Part shown: positions 1 through 8,959 of the stretch, in pieces
Position numbering within the stretch: the stretch's first letter is position 1
Layout of the letters: the number at the start of each line of letters is the position of its first letter
Origin: Bacteroidota bacterium
GTDB taxonomy: Bacteria > Bacteroidota > Bacteroidia > UKL13-3
Length of the DNA stretch: 33,372 bases
Assembly: GCA_010027395.1 (NCBI GenBank)
Contig: RGVD01000003.1
Span: forward strand, 1-33,372
Direction: 5' to 3'
Position numbers and translations under genes: made by a program
Notes under the pieces: generated by a model
What the model was told of the DNA's origin: nothing
The model's input: the letters and a program-made list of their open reading frames with translations, nothing else
The model's database searches: none

Positions 1-1218
1 TCTAAGACTTTTTTGAAAAATTATTTGGGTATTAAACAAGGAGAATTATACAATGAAAAATTAATAAAAAATGCTAACCAAAGGTTGTATGAATTGGCTT
101 ATATAAAGGTGCTGAAAAGTCCTGCGATTTACTTTTATGGTAACAAGGCAAGACCCTTATTATATCTTGATAATAAGAAAGCCAGTTCCGCTGATGGGAT
201 CATTGGTATTGCGCCAAATAGTTCTCAGAATAACAAATTAGTTTTGACAGGTGATTTTAATTTAAAACTCCAAAATATTTTAGGAAGTGGTAAAAGTTTT
301 GATCTGACTTACAGAAGCTTTTTAGGTAACTCACAAGATCTAAATTTGAAGTTCAATTATCCATATTTCTTAGGCACTAAATTGGGATTGGATTATGGTT
401 TGAAAATTTTAAAATATGATACAGCCTTTGTAAATGTTCAAAATGATTTTGCGTTGCAATACCGATTTATTGGGAACGATTATGTAAAGGTTTATTATAG
501 TATTCAGCAATCAACTTTATTATCAGTCGACACTTTGAATATTAAAAATATTAGACAATTGCCAAGTGTAAACGATATTCGATCCGACTTTTATGGAATA
601 GCTGTGCGAAAATCTAAATTGGATTATTTCATAAACCCCAAAAAGGGTTTTGCTTTTGATATTGATTTTGCTGCAGGTACAAAAAACATCATTCGAAACA
701 ATATCATAAATACCCTTAAAGTGAGCGATAATAAAGGAAATGCTTATAACCTATATGACTCTATTAAATTAAATGTTTTTCAAATCAGATGTATTGCCAA
801 TGTAGAAAAGTACTTTCATTTGTTTTCAAACAATGTACTAAAAACATCCATTAATTCAGGGTATTTGCAATCTTCAAATATTTTTTTCAATGAACTTTTT
901 AGGATAGGTGGATTAAAAACGCTAAGAGGTTTTGATGAACAAAGTATTTTTGCAAGCCAATATGGAATTCTAAATGTAGAATGGAGATACCTTGTCCAAC
1001 AGAACTCAAACTTTGTTTTATTTTGGAATGGTGCTTGGTATAAAAATGAAGGACGAAAACCAGCTATTTCTGATACTCCTTGGGGAGCTGGGTTAGGTTT
1101 AAATATCGAAACAGGATCGGGTATTTTTTCTTTGTATTATGCAACAGGGAAACAATTTGATAACCCATTAGAGTTTCGCACAGCCAAGATACATTTCGGA
1201 TTTATTAATTACTTTTGA
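1..1218 (+). CDS. Omp85 (BamA/TamA) family outer-membrane protein, 5'-truncated by the window edge
   Basis: Frame is open from base 1 with no ATG. POTRA-like start (YNEKLIKNANQRLYELAYI), NILGSGK barrel start, loop-6 motif FRIGGLKTLRGF, C-terminal Phe (IHFGFINYF). Confidence 0.85.
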   Translation, partial: SKTFLKNYLGIKQGELYNEKLIKNANQRLYELAYIKVLKSPAIYFYGNKARPLLYLDNKKASSADGIIGIAPNSSQNNKLVLTGDFNLKLQNILGSGKSFDLTYRSFLGNSQDLNLKFNYPYFLGTKLGLDYGLKILKYDTAFVNVQNDFALQYRFIGNDYVKVYYSIQQSTLLSVDTLNIKNIRQLPSVNDIRSDFYGIAVRKSKLDYFINPKKGFAFDIDFAAGTKNIIRNNIINTLKVSDNKGNAYNLYDSIKLNVFQIRCIANVEKYFHLFSNNVLKTSINSGYLQSSNIFFNELFRIGGLKTLRGFDEQSIFASQYGILNVEWRYLVQQNSNFVLFWNGAWYKNEGRKPAISDTPWGAGLGLNIETGSGIFSLYYATGKQFDNPLEFRTAKIHFGFINYF

Positions 1219-1225
1219 AAAATTT

Positions 1226-2161
1226 TTGAATCGAATATTTTACATACCTATTACCATAGTTTGCCTTTTTTTGCAGACTATTTTTGCCTTTGGACAGGAT
1301 TCCTTGGGCAATAATGTTGCAATTCAAGATTCTTTGAATTCAGATAAAGCAAGATTTAGTTTGCTAGACACTTTGCTGAACCCGCAACAAGTAAGACAAC
1401 TTTTTATGCCTTATGAAAGCATAGGTAATAATGGAAATGTAAATGTTGCTTTTGAACTCAAAGCACTGAGGAATAAACCCAATTTAAAGCAAATAACAAA
1501 ACGCCCGACCAATGACAAAAGGGCTTACTTTATCTCATTATTAGTGGTAGTTATTCTTATTTCTATCACCCGATTAACCAATCCAAAGAACTTTACTATT
1601 TTTATTCAATCTGTATTTGATAGCCAGCTAAGTCAAAGGATTTGGAGTGATAGTAAGACGAATTTTTTATCAATCATTATTCAACTATCAATTACTTTCA
1701 TTCTAACTTTGTCTATCATAATAGCTTTTTACTTACAAAGTAGAAGTGAGTTATTAGAGTTGAGTTTTTATAGCATTTTATGGCGCAGCATCCTTGTTTT
1801 GTTGGTAGTTTATTCAACCAAGTTTATACTGATTTGGTTGATCGGGGAATTATTGAATTTTTCGCACCTTTCTCAAGGCTTGATAACCAACACCATTTCG
1901 CTTAATGGTTTTCTAAGTTTATTGATGCTTCCTCTGAGCATTGTTTATATTTATAATTCAGGAATTTTTTTAGGAAATGCAACCTTTTATACACTTGTAG
2001 CTATTTTTTTTATTGGGGTAATTTTCAGAAACCTGCACATGTTTTTTATGGCAATCAGTGCATTACGCTTTCCAATAATCTATTTATTTATTTATATTTG
2101 CTCCCTAGAAATTTTGCCTTGGCTTCTGTTGTTTAAAATTTTAGATAATTACTTCTTTTGA
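1226..2161 (+). CDS. DUF4271 family multi-pass membrane protein
   Basis: N-terminal signal-like segment, about 6-7 hydrophobic helices, C-terminal YLFIYICSLEILP motif, position directly before the hemD-like gene. TTG start is uncertain. Confidence 0.75.
   Translation: MNRIFYIPITIVCLFLQTIFAFGQDSLGNNVAIQDSLNSDKARFSLLDTLLNPQQVRQLFMPYESIGNNGNVNVAFELKALRNKPNLKQITKRPTNDKRAYFISLLVVVILISITRLTNPKNFTIFIQSVFDSQLSQRIWSDSKTNFLSIIIQLSITFILTLSIIIAFYLQSRSELLELSFYSILWRSILVLLVVYSTKFILIWLIGELLNFSHLSQGLITNTISLNGFLSLLMLPLSIVYIYNSGIFLGNATFYTLVAIFFIGVIFRNLHMFFMAISALRFPIIYLFIYICSLEILPWLLLFKILDNYFF
2093..2100 (+). promoter_or_regulatory. Possible Bacteroidota -7 promoter element (TATATTTG) inside the DUF4271 3' end, upstream of the hemD-like gene
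   Basis: Exact TAnnTTTG match about 58 nt before the hemD-like start. No clear -33 element. Confidence 0.35.
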
Positions 2162-2910
2162 AAAATACCAAAATAAAAAGCATACTTGTTTGCCAACCAA
2201 AACCTGAAAGCGATAAGTCGCCTTACTTTGATTTAGCCAAAAAACATAGTTGTAAAATAGACTTTCGTCCATTTATTGAAGTGCAGCCGATACCCAATAA
2301 AGAGTTTAGGCAACAAAGGGTAAACATTCTTGATTATACAGCCATTATTTTAAATTCTCGTAACTCAGTTGACAATTTCTTTAGAATGTGTGCTGAATTG
2401 AAAATTGAAATGCATCCTGATGTAAAATATTTCTGCGTAAACGAAAGTATAGGTAATTATATATCAAAGTATATACAAGTCAGGAAACGAAAGGTATTTG
2501 TTGGAAAAGGAACTGAAACAGAATTATTCCCATTGTTTAAAAATCACGCCAAAGACAAATACTTATTCCCTTGCAGCGATTGGCGTAAACAAGATATTGA
2601 AAAGTTCATGAAAAAGAGTAAAATCGTTTTCAAAGAAGCTTTCTTTTATCGCATAGGTTCTAGTAATCTCTCAGATTTGACAAATGTTAACTACGATATA
2701 ATAGCTTTTTTTAGTCCTGCTGATATCCGTTCTCTATTCGAAAACTTTCCTGATTTTCTTCAAAATAACACCAAAATTGCAGGTTTTGGTGCAACTACAT
2801 TAAAGGCAATTAAAGATGCCAAACTTACCATAAATATTCAAGCTCCAACCCCTGAGACACCCTCAATGGTAATGGCACTTGACAGGTTTATCGTTGAAAT
2901 AAATAAGTAG
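2158..2910 (+). CDS. hemD: Uroporphyrinogen-III synthase (HemD) family protein
   Basis: KSILVCQPKP N-terminus, IDFRPFIEV, DIIAFFSPADI motifs typical of the Bacteroidota HemD-like family. Overlaps the upstream stop by 4 nt (TTGA). Confidence 0.8.
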   Translation: MKNTKIKSILVCQPKPESDKSPYFDLAKKHSCKIDFRPFIEVQPIPNKEFRQQRVNILDYTAIILNSRNSVDNFFRMCAELKIEMHPDVKYFCVNESIGNYISKYIQVRKRKVFVGKGTETELFPLFKNHAKDKYLFPCSDWRKQDIEKFMKKSKIVFKEAFFYRIGSSNLSDLTNVNYDIIAFFSPADIRSLFENFPDFLQNNTKIAGFGATTLKAIKDAKLTINIQAPTPETPSMVMALDRFIVEINK

Positions 2911-3016
2911 TACATACTAATTTTTTAATTGAGCCGTTCTATTGTTGGTTTCTGAATATTGCATTATTCAATTAAATGTGTATTATTGAAGCCTAAAGTA
3001 ATAAAACAGAAAGCTA

Positions 3017-4033
3017 ATGATTAGAAAATTTACTTATATTTTTGTGTTTGCACTTGTAACTATTGTTGGTCAAAAATCTTTTGCTCAGCAAGATGCTCAA
3101 TATAGTCAGTTTATGTTTAATAGACTTTCTTATAACCCAGCGTTCGCAGGTAGTTCAGATAAAATCTGTGCTACATTGCTAGGCCGTAACCAATGGAATC
3201 AATTTGGTGGAGGTAATGTTACCTCAGATTTAGGTTCTGTTGCTAGAGGAGCAAATCCAACTACAATATTGGCTAATATTCATGCACCTATTGGAAAACG
3301 TTTTGGCATAGGGGCAAATTTTAACTCTGACGAATTAGGATTTAGTAAAATTGTTTCTTTTAACGCTACATTAGCATACAAACAATCTATTGGAAGCAAT
3401 GGAGGTATTTTGGCAGGAGGAATCGGTGTTGGTATTGTTCAAGAAGGACTCGATGGAACAAAATTAAAAGCGATTGACCCAAGTGATCCAAAAATTCCAA
3501 CTGGAAATATCACGGATTTGGGCTTGGATTTAAACTTCGGTTTGTATTATACCCAAGAACAACTGTCAATATTTAACAATTTTTATGCAGGTATTTCATC
3601 AACTCATTTAAATACCCCCAAGTTAGAAATAAGAGACGCTAGTAGTAATGGTTTTACATCTCAATATGTTAGACATTACTATTTTATTACTGGAGCAGAA
3701 TATGAGTTGAATAGTGCATTTACCTTAAATCCAAACATAATGGTTAAAACGGATATGGTTAAAACTACAACAGATATAAATGCAACATTAATTTGGAACC
3801 AAAATATTCGTGGAGGATTAAGTTATAGAACTTTCAATGATTTGGTAGTTATGGCAGGTTATGAATTTCCGTTTGGTTTAAACATTGGCTATTCATATGA
3901 TTTAACTATGGGTAAAATACTAAATTATAGCACAGGTACCCATGAAATTATGTTGAGATATTGTTTTGGTGTTAAAATTCCACGAAGAGAACCTAAAATC
4001 CCAATACCGAGGTTAACACCAAGATTTTTATAA
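3017..4033 (+). CDS. porP: Type IX secretion system PorP/SprF family outer-membrane beta-barrel
   Basis: Signal peptide then AQQDAQYSQFMFN-YNPAFAG, RNQW, GYSYD, GTHEIMLRY motifs. Directly upstream of gldK. Confidence 0.93.
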   Translation: MIRKFTYIFVFALVTIVGQKSFAQQDAQYSQFMFNRLSYNPAFAGSSDKICATLLGRNQWNQFGGGNVTSDLGSVARGANPTTILANIHAPIGKRFGIGANFNSDELGFSKIVSFNATLAYKQSIGSNGGILAGGIGVGIVQEGLDGTKLKAIDPSDPKIPTGNITDLGLDLNFGLYYTQEQLSIFNNFYAGISSTHLNTPKLEIRDASSNGFTSQYVRHYYFITGAEYELNSAFTLNPNIMVKTDMVKTTTDINATLIWNQNIRGGLSYRTFNDLVVMAGYEFPFGLNIGYSYDLTMGKILNYSTGTHEIMLRYCFGVKIPRREPKIPIPRLTPRFL

Positions 4034-4092
4034 AAAATTAACATTTAACAATAAAATAATCAAAGTAGTCGTTATAGTTTAAATAAAGCAAA

Positions 4093-4123
4093 TTTGCTTT
4101 TTATAATACAATTGCTATTTTTG
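4093..4123 (+). promoter_or_regulatory. Bacteroidota primary-sigma promoter for gldKLMN
   Basis: TTTG (4093-4096), 19-nt spacer, TATTTTTG (4116-4123): canonical -33/-7 arrangement, 31 nt before the gldK ATG. Confidence 0.7.
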
Positions 4124-4154
4124 CTTTTTAACAAATCAATTATATAACCGTAAA

Positions 4155-5444
4155 ATGAAGCACATCAAATGGTTTTTATTCCTCTTTATTGCAGGCGCAG
4201 TGGCAAGTTGCGGACTTAGCAGCGATAGAGGAGAATTGGTAGGGTCCCCAGGGCGAAAAGCTTGGTTCCACCCACAACCTTACGGAACAGTTTATGTTCC
4301 TACAGGCTCTTTCCATATTGGTTCGAATGAACAAGATGTACCTATGGCAATGATTGCTCCAAACAAGCAAGTTACCATAAGTGCCTTTTATATGGATGAA
4401 ACTGAAATCACAAATAACGAATACCGTCAATTTGTGGATGCAGTTTATGACTCAATAGTTCGCGAAAAATTAGGTGAGAAATTCTTTCTTACCTTTGAAG
4501 AGCCGATTGGAGAATATGATCATGGTTTGAACTACCGTCAAAAAATAGATCCAGAAGAAGACTTGAAAGGTAATGAAGATATTAAAGACCTCAACTATAA
4601 AGGCGATGAAATCTATTATCGTACAGTGCAAATTGATGTGCGTAAACTAAAGTACCGATACGAATATATTGATTTAAGAGCTGCTGCCCAATATAGCAAG
4701 CAAGCTGGCTACAAGAGAAACCGTGGTGAGTTCAAACACAAAGAGGAAGTGGACGTTTACCCAGATACTTTGGTTTTCATGCGTGATTATACTTATTCAT
4801 ACAATGAGCCAATTGCAACAGTTTATTTTTGGCATCCAAAATATGATGATTATCCTGTAGTAGGTGTAAATTGGAAACAAGCAAATGGTTTCTCTCATTG
4901 GAGATCGATTCACTTGAATTCATTCTATTCTGAAAACGAGGAAAACACTGTAACTGCATTTAGATTACCAACAGAATATGAGTGGGAGTATGCTGCTCGT
5001 GGTGGAAGAGATCAAAACTTATACCCATGGGGTAACTATTATACACGCAACGCTAAAGGATGTGCATTGGCTAACTTCAAACCTAACAGAGGTGATTATG
5101 CTAATGATGGTGGACATTATCCTATTCGCGTAGCTTCATACTTTCCTAATGACTATGGTTTGTATGATATGAGTGGTAACGTAGCTGAATGGACTCGTTC
5201 TGCCTATGCTGAAAGTGCAAATTTGTTTACGCATGACAATAATCCTGATTTCCAATATGATGCAAAAGAAGAAGATTCTGAAACATTAAAACGTAAAACC
5301 ATTCGTGGTGGTTCATGGAAAGATATTGCACATTATATTCAATGTGGTACGCGTACTTATGAATACCAAGATAGTGCAAATTCATACACAGGTTTCCGCT
5401 GTGTGATGAGTTATATCGGAAGATCTAACAAAGACAAGAGATAA
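4155..5444 (+). CDS. gldK: Gliding motility/T9SS lipoprotein GldK (PorK), FGE-sulfatase fold
   Basis: Lipobox AVASC. MDETEITNNEYRQFV, YPVVGVNWKQA, FRLPTEYEWEYAARGG, GLYDMSGNVAEW, RGGSW and GFRCV motifs. Sits in the porP-K-L-M-N order. Confidence 0.95.
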   Translation: MKHIKWFLFLFIAGAVASCGLSSDRGELVGSPGRKAWFHPQPYGTVYVPTGSFHIGSNEQDVPMAMIAPNKQVTISAFYMDETEITNNEYRQFVDAVYDSIVREKLGEKFFLTFEEPIGEYDHGLNYRQKIDPEEDLKGNEDIKDLNYKGDEIYYRTVQIDVRKLKYRYEYIDLRAAAQYSKQAGYKRNRGEFKHKEEVDVYPDTLVFMRDYTYSYNEPIATVYFWHPKYDDYPVVGVNWKQANGFSHWRSIHLNSFYSENEENTVTAFRLPTEYEWEYAARGGRDQNLYPWGNYYTRNAKGCALANFKPNRGDYANDGGHYPIRVASYFPNDYGLYDMSGNVAEWTRSAYAESANLFTHDNNPDFQYDAKEEDSETLKRKTIRGGSWKDIAHYIQCGTRTYEYQDSANSYTGFRCVMSYIGRSNKDKR

Positions 5445-5497
5445 TAACAATCAATCAAAAAATAATTTTCTAACTTAAAAATTTAAAAAAACAAAAA

Positions 5498-6298
5498 ATG
5501 GGTAACAGTTTCTTAGAAAGCAAAGGTTTCAAGTCTTTCATGGCAAAGGCTTATGGTATTGGTGCAGCGGTAGTAATCGTTGGAGCTTTGTTTAAAATTT
5601 TACACTGGAAAGGTGCAGACGCGATGTTGATGGTTGGTTTATTAACTGAAGCTGCCATTTTCTTCGTATCAGCATTTGAGCCCCCTCATCAAGAGCCAGA
5701 TTGGACATTGGTTTATCCTGAGTTAGCTGGTTTAGAATCAAAAGAGCCTAAGAAAAATAAAGATACAGGTAGTCTTTCTCAAAAATTAGATAAAATGTTG
5801 GAAGACGCTAAAGTAGGTCCAGATTTAATCAACAGTTTGGGTAACGGCATCCGTGCTTTAAACGATAATGTAGGTGGTTTGAAAGATTTGTCTTCTGCTG
5901 CTGTTGCAACTGAAAACTACACCAAAAGTGTTTCTCAAGCTGCTAATTCACTAAATGGTGTTAACACTGCTTACAGTAAAGCTGTTGAAGCTATGAACGG
6001 CATCGTTTCAGCTTCTGAAGGTTCTAAAGACTACGGAATGCAGATTGAAAGAATGACTAAAAATCTTTCTTCTTTAAATTCAGTTTATGAATTAGAAATT
6101 GTTGAGTCGAACAATCACTTGAAATCAATTAACGAATTTGTAGGTGGATTATCAAAAACAGTTAATACGCTTAGCGAAACCAACAAAAATGCCGAAGTAT
6201 TCAAAGTTGAAATGGATAAGTTGTCTAAAAACTTGTCATCATTAAACAATGTATATGGCAACATGTTGTCTGCTATGACTGTTCGTGGCAATAATTAA
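5498..6298 (+). CDS. gldL: Gliding motility/T9SS motor subunit GldL (PorL)
   Basis: Two N-terminal TM helices (YGIGAAVVIVGALFKILHW; GLLTEAAIFFVSAFEP with the conserved Glu), DWTLVYPEL, C-terminal LNNVYGNMLSAM. Confidence 0.97.
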   Translation: MGNSFLESKGFKSFMAKAYGIGAAVVIVGALFKILHWKGADAMLMVGLLTEAAIFFVSAFEPPHQEPDWTLVYPELAGLESKEPKKNKDTGSLSQKLDKMLEDAKVGPDLINSLGNGIRALNDNVGGLKDLSSAAVATENYTKSVSQAANSLNGVNTAYSKAVEAMNGIVSASEGSKDYGMQIERMTKNLSSLNSVYELEIVESNNHLKSINEFVGGLSKTVNTLSETNKNAEVFKVEMDKLSKNLSSLNNVYGNMLSAMTVRGNN

Positions 6299-6338
6299 TT
6301 TCAAAATTCGTTTTACAATTTAATAAATACAGAAAGTA

Positions 6339-7904
6339 ATGTCAGGTGGAAAAGTAACGGTAAGACAAAAGATGATTAACATGATGTATTTGGTTCTAAC
6401 AGCCTTGTTAGCACTAAATGTGTCAGCTGAGATTCTGAAAGCATTCCATTTAGTGGAAGTGAGTATGGAGAAAGCAGGTCTAAACATTGATAAGAAAAAC
6501 AAATCGATTTTGAAGTCGATTGACACATATGTAGGTAATAACCCATCAGATATAAAAGGTAAAGATGCCAAAGTTAAGTCTGATCAAGTTGATAAAATTG
6601 CCATATATGCTTTAAAATATATTAATGAATTAAAAGATACGCTTATTTTTGGTGCTGGTGGACGTAAATTAGGCGAAGATGGAAATCCGAACCCTGAAGG
6701 TGAAATTTCAGAGGCAAGTAATATCGAAAAGCATGCTAACCTTTTAATCGTGCAAGGAAAAGGTAAAGAGCTTAAAGCAAAAATCAATGAGTGGAGAAAT
6801 TCAATGATTAATATTTTACCTGAAGCAGATAGAGCAAATGTTAAAAGTGATTTGATTGCTGAAGATGACAAAAAAACAGGTGAATCTTGGGAAAGTGAAA
6901 TGTTTGAACATTCTCCAGTTGCAGCGGTTGTTACTTTGTTAACCAAAACTGAAAATGATATCAAAAACACTGAAGCTCAAGTTTTGGATGAATTGAACAA
7001 AGGTTTAACAAAAGTAAACATTGTTGTAGATCAGTTTGAAGCTAAAATTATTCCTAACAATGGTACTTATATCACTGCAGGTGGCAAGTATTCTGCGGAT
7101 ATCTTCTTAGCGGCTTCAAGTTCTCGTTCTACCTTTGATTTAAATGTTGGCGGTTCGGCTGTTAAAGTTGAAAGTGGCATTGGAAAGTATGAAGTAACTG
7201 CTTCGGGCGAAGGAGAGAAAAAGTATACAGCTAAAATTAGCCAAAGACAATTGGATGGTACAATGAAAACATATGATGCAGAAGGTAGCTACTTTGTAGT
7301 AAAACCTTTGGCTGTAGTTTCAGCTACTAAAATGAATGTGGTTTACCGTGGTTTAGAAAACCCTATTTCGGTTTCTGTTCCAGGTTATTCTGCTAGCCAA
7401 ACTATTGTAACAAGTAGTTTAGGATCTTTAAGACCAGCTGCACAAGCAGGTACATTCAACCTAAGTATTCCTGTTGGAGATGTAAATAAAGAATTGGTTG
7501 TTTCAGTATCAGTAAAAGCTCCTGAAGGTGTTAAAAAAATGGGTGAGCAACGCTACCGCATAAAAAATATCCCAAAACCTACTCCTATGTTAGGTGCTAT
7601 TGAAGCGAGTGGTGCTGTTACTACTTCTCAATTAAGATCAGTAGCATTTATTTATGCTGCTTTGAAAGATTTCGCATTTGAAGGAGTTAGTTATACACCA
7701 ACTAGCTATAATATCGTATTTGCCCCTAAAAGAGGAGATGCTAGGGTATTTCAAGGTAATGGTCCTACCGTACCAAACGATGCAAAAGCAGCATTTAATA
7801 CTGCACGTCCTGGTGACCGTGTAATTTTAACAAACATTAAAGCTCAAGGACCCGCTGGTCAAGTTATTGTTCCAACATCTTTAGCTGTAGAAGTTAAACC
7901 ATAA
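6339..7904 (+). CDS. gldM: Gliding motility/T9SS motor subunit GldM (PorM)
   Basis: RQKMINMMYLVLTALLALNVSAEIL (Arg9 and Tyr17 present), KMNVVYRGLENPISVSVPG. Confidence 0.97.
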   Translation: MSGGKVTVRQKMINMMYLVLTALLALNVSAEILKAFHLVEVSMEKAGLNIDKKNKSILKSIDTYVGNNPSDIKGKDAKVKSDQVDKIAIYALKYINELKDTLIFGAGGRKLGEDGNPNPEGEISEASNIEKHANLLIVQGKGKELKAKINEWRNSMINILPEADRANVKSDLIAEDDKKTGESWESEMFEHSPVAAVVTLLTKTENDIKNTEAQVLDELNKGLTKVNIVVDQFEAKIIPNNGTYITAGGKYSADIFLAASSSRSTFDLNVGGSAVKVESGIGKYEVTASGEGEKKYTAKISQRQLDGTMKTYDAEGSYFVVKPLAVVSATKMNVVYRGLENPISVSVPGYSASQTIVTSSLGSLRPAAQAGTFNLSIPVGDVNKELVVSVSVKAPEGVKKMGEQRYRIKNIPKPTPMLGAIEASGAVTTSQLRSVAFIYAALKDFAFEGVSYTPTSYNIVFAPKRGDARVFQGNGPTVPNDAKAAFNTARPGDRVILTNIKAQGPAGQVIVPTSLAVEVKP

Positions 7905-8761
7905 TGAAAAAGTTAATAGTATCCATTTTATCACTTAGCCTTTTGGCAAGCTTTTCAAGCAAAGCACAAGGGGTTTATGATGATTTTATTTACAACCGTC
8001 AGGCTGTAAAAGAGCGTAGGGTAGTGGCTTGGCCTTACTTGCGCGAGGCAGATGTGATGTCTTCAAAGCGTATCATGCGTATTGTCGATATCAGAGAAAA
8101 GCCAAATCAACCGATGGCATGGCCTAAAAATCCATTGAGCGTTATTATGTATAATGCAGTACTTACAGGTAAAATGGTTCCATATATTAATGATTCACTG
8201 ACTTCACAGTTCAGCTTAGAAGAATTTGCAAGAAGAGGTACTGATACCAGTTATCAAGAAACTCCTATTGACCCTAATGACCCTACGATTACGCGTATGG
8301 ATACGTTAGTAAATCCTTTTATTCCTGAATTGCGTATCACTAAATACAGAATTGTTGAGGATTGGATTTTTGATAAAAAGTTATCTTCATATTATGTTCG
8401 CATCATATCAGTAGCACCTCAATTCAAAATGAATATCGGTGGTATTGAATTGCCTGAACAAGATTTATGTGTACTTAAGTATCATGCTAGTGATGCTGCT
8501 CAAGATGCAGGTAGAGACTTACGTCATTTGTTTGTGAACTATGAAGTTTTTAATAGACAAAATGATGCGGCTCGTTTAACTTATGATGATTGGTTCGAAC
8601 AAAGATTGTTCTCAAGCTATATCATCAAACAATCAAATGAGCATGATAACAAAATTAAAGAGTATGATGAGTTTAAAGACAATGGTGTGGCAGCTTTGCT
8701 AGAAGCCGATAGAATTAAGCAAGAATTGTTCGAAAAGGAACATGATTTGTGGGAATACTAG
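7904..8761 (+). CDS. gldN: Gliding motility/T9SS periplasmic protein GldN (PorN)
   Basis: Signal peptide, YLREADVM, EDWIFDK, RLFSSYIIK, EHDLWEY C-terminus. Coupled to gldM through TAATG. Confidence 0.95.
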   Translation: MKKLIVSILSLSLLASFSSKAQGVYDDFIYNRQAVKERRVVAWPYLREADVMSSKRIMRIVDIREKPNQPMAWPKNPLSVIMYNAVLTGKMVPYINDSLTSQFSLEEFARRGTDTSYQETPIDPNDPTITRMDTLVNPFIPELRITKYRIVEDWIFDKKLSSYYVRIISVAPQFKMNIGGIELPEQDLCVLKYHASDAAQDAGRDLRHLFVNYEVFNRQNDAARLTYDDWFEQRLFSSYIIKQSNEHDNKIKEYDEFKDNGVAALLEADRIKQELFEKEHDLWEY

Positions 8762-8777
8762 TCCTATAAATGTTTTG

Positions 8778-8806
8778 AAAAAAAGGGAGCTTCGGTTCCC
8801 TTTTTT
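8778..8806 (+). terminator. Rho-independent terminator after gldN
   Basis: A7-GGGAGC-TTCG-GTTCCC-T6: GC-rich stem with a C(UUCG)G tetraloop and U-tract. Confidence 0.9.
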
Positions 8807-8959
8807 ATTTTTAGATTAATTTATAATCTTTTTTTAATTGTCTGATAATACATTTGTTGAATTGCATTATAATTTAGTTACATAATTTTAATGTTTAATT
8901 AACGTAGTCTGGGCATTTTTGGATGCATGTTAAAAAAATATAGTATAAATGTTAAGGAT

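Noticed and set aside
8870-8900. dif-like site (TTACATAA...ATGTTTAAT)
   Set aside because: Arm spacing does not fit the 11-6-11 XerC/XerD layout. A similar half-match near 27011-27021 lacks the other arm.
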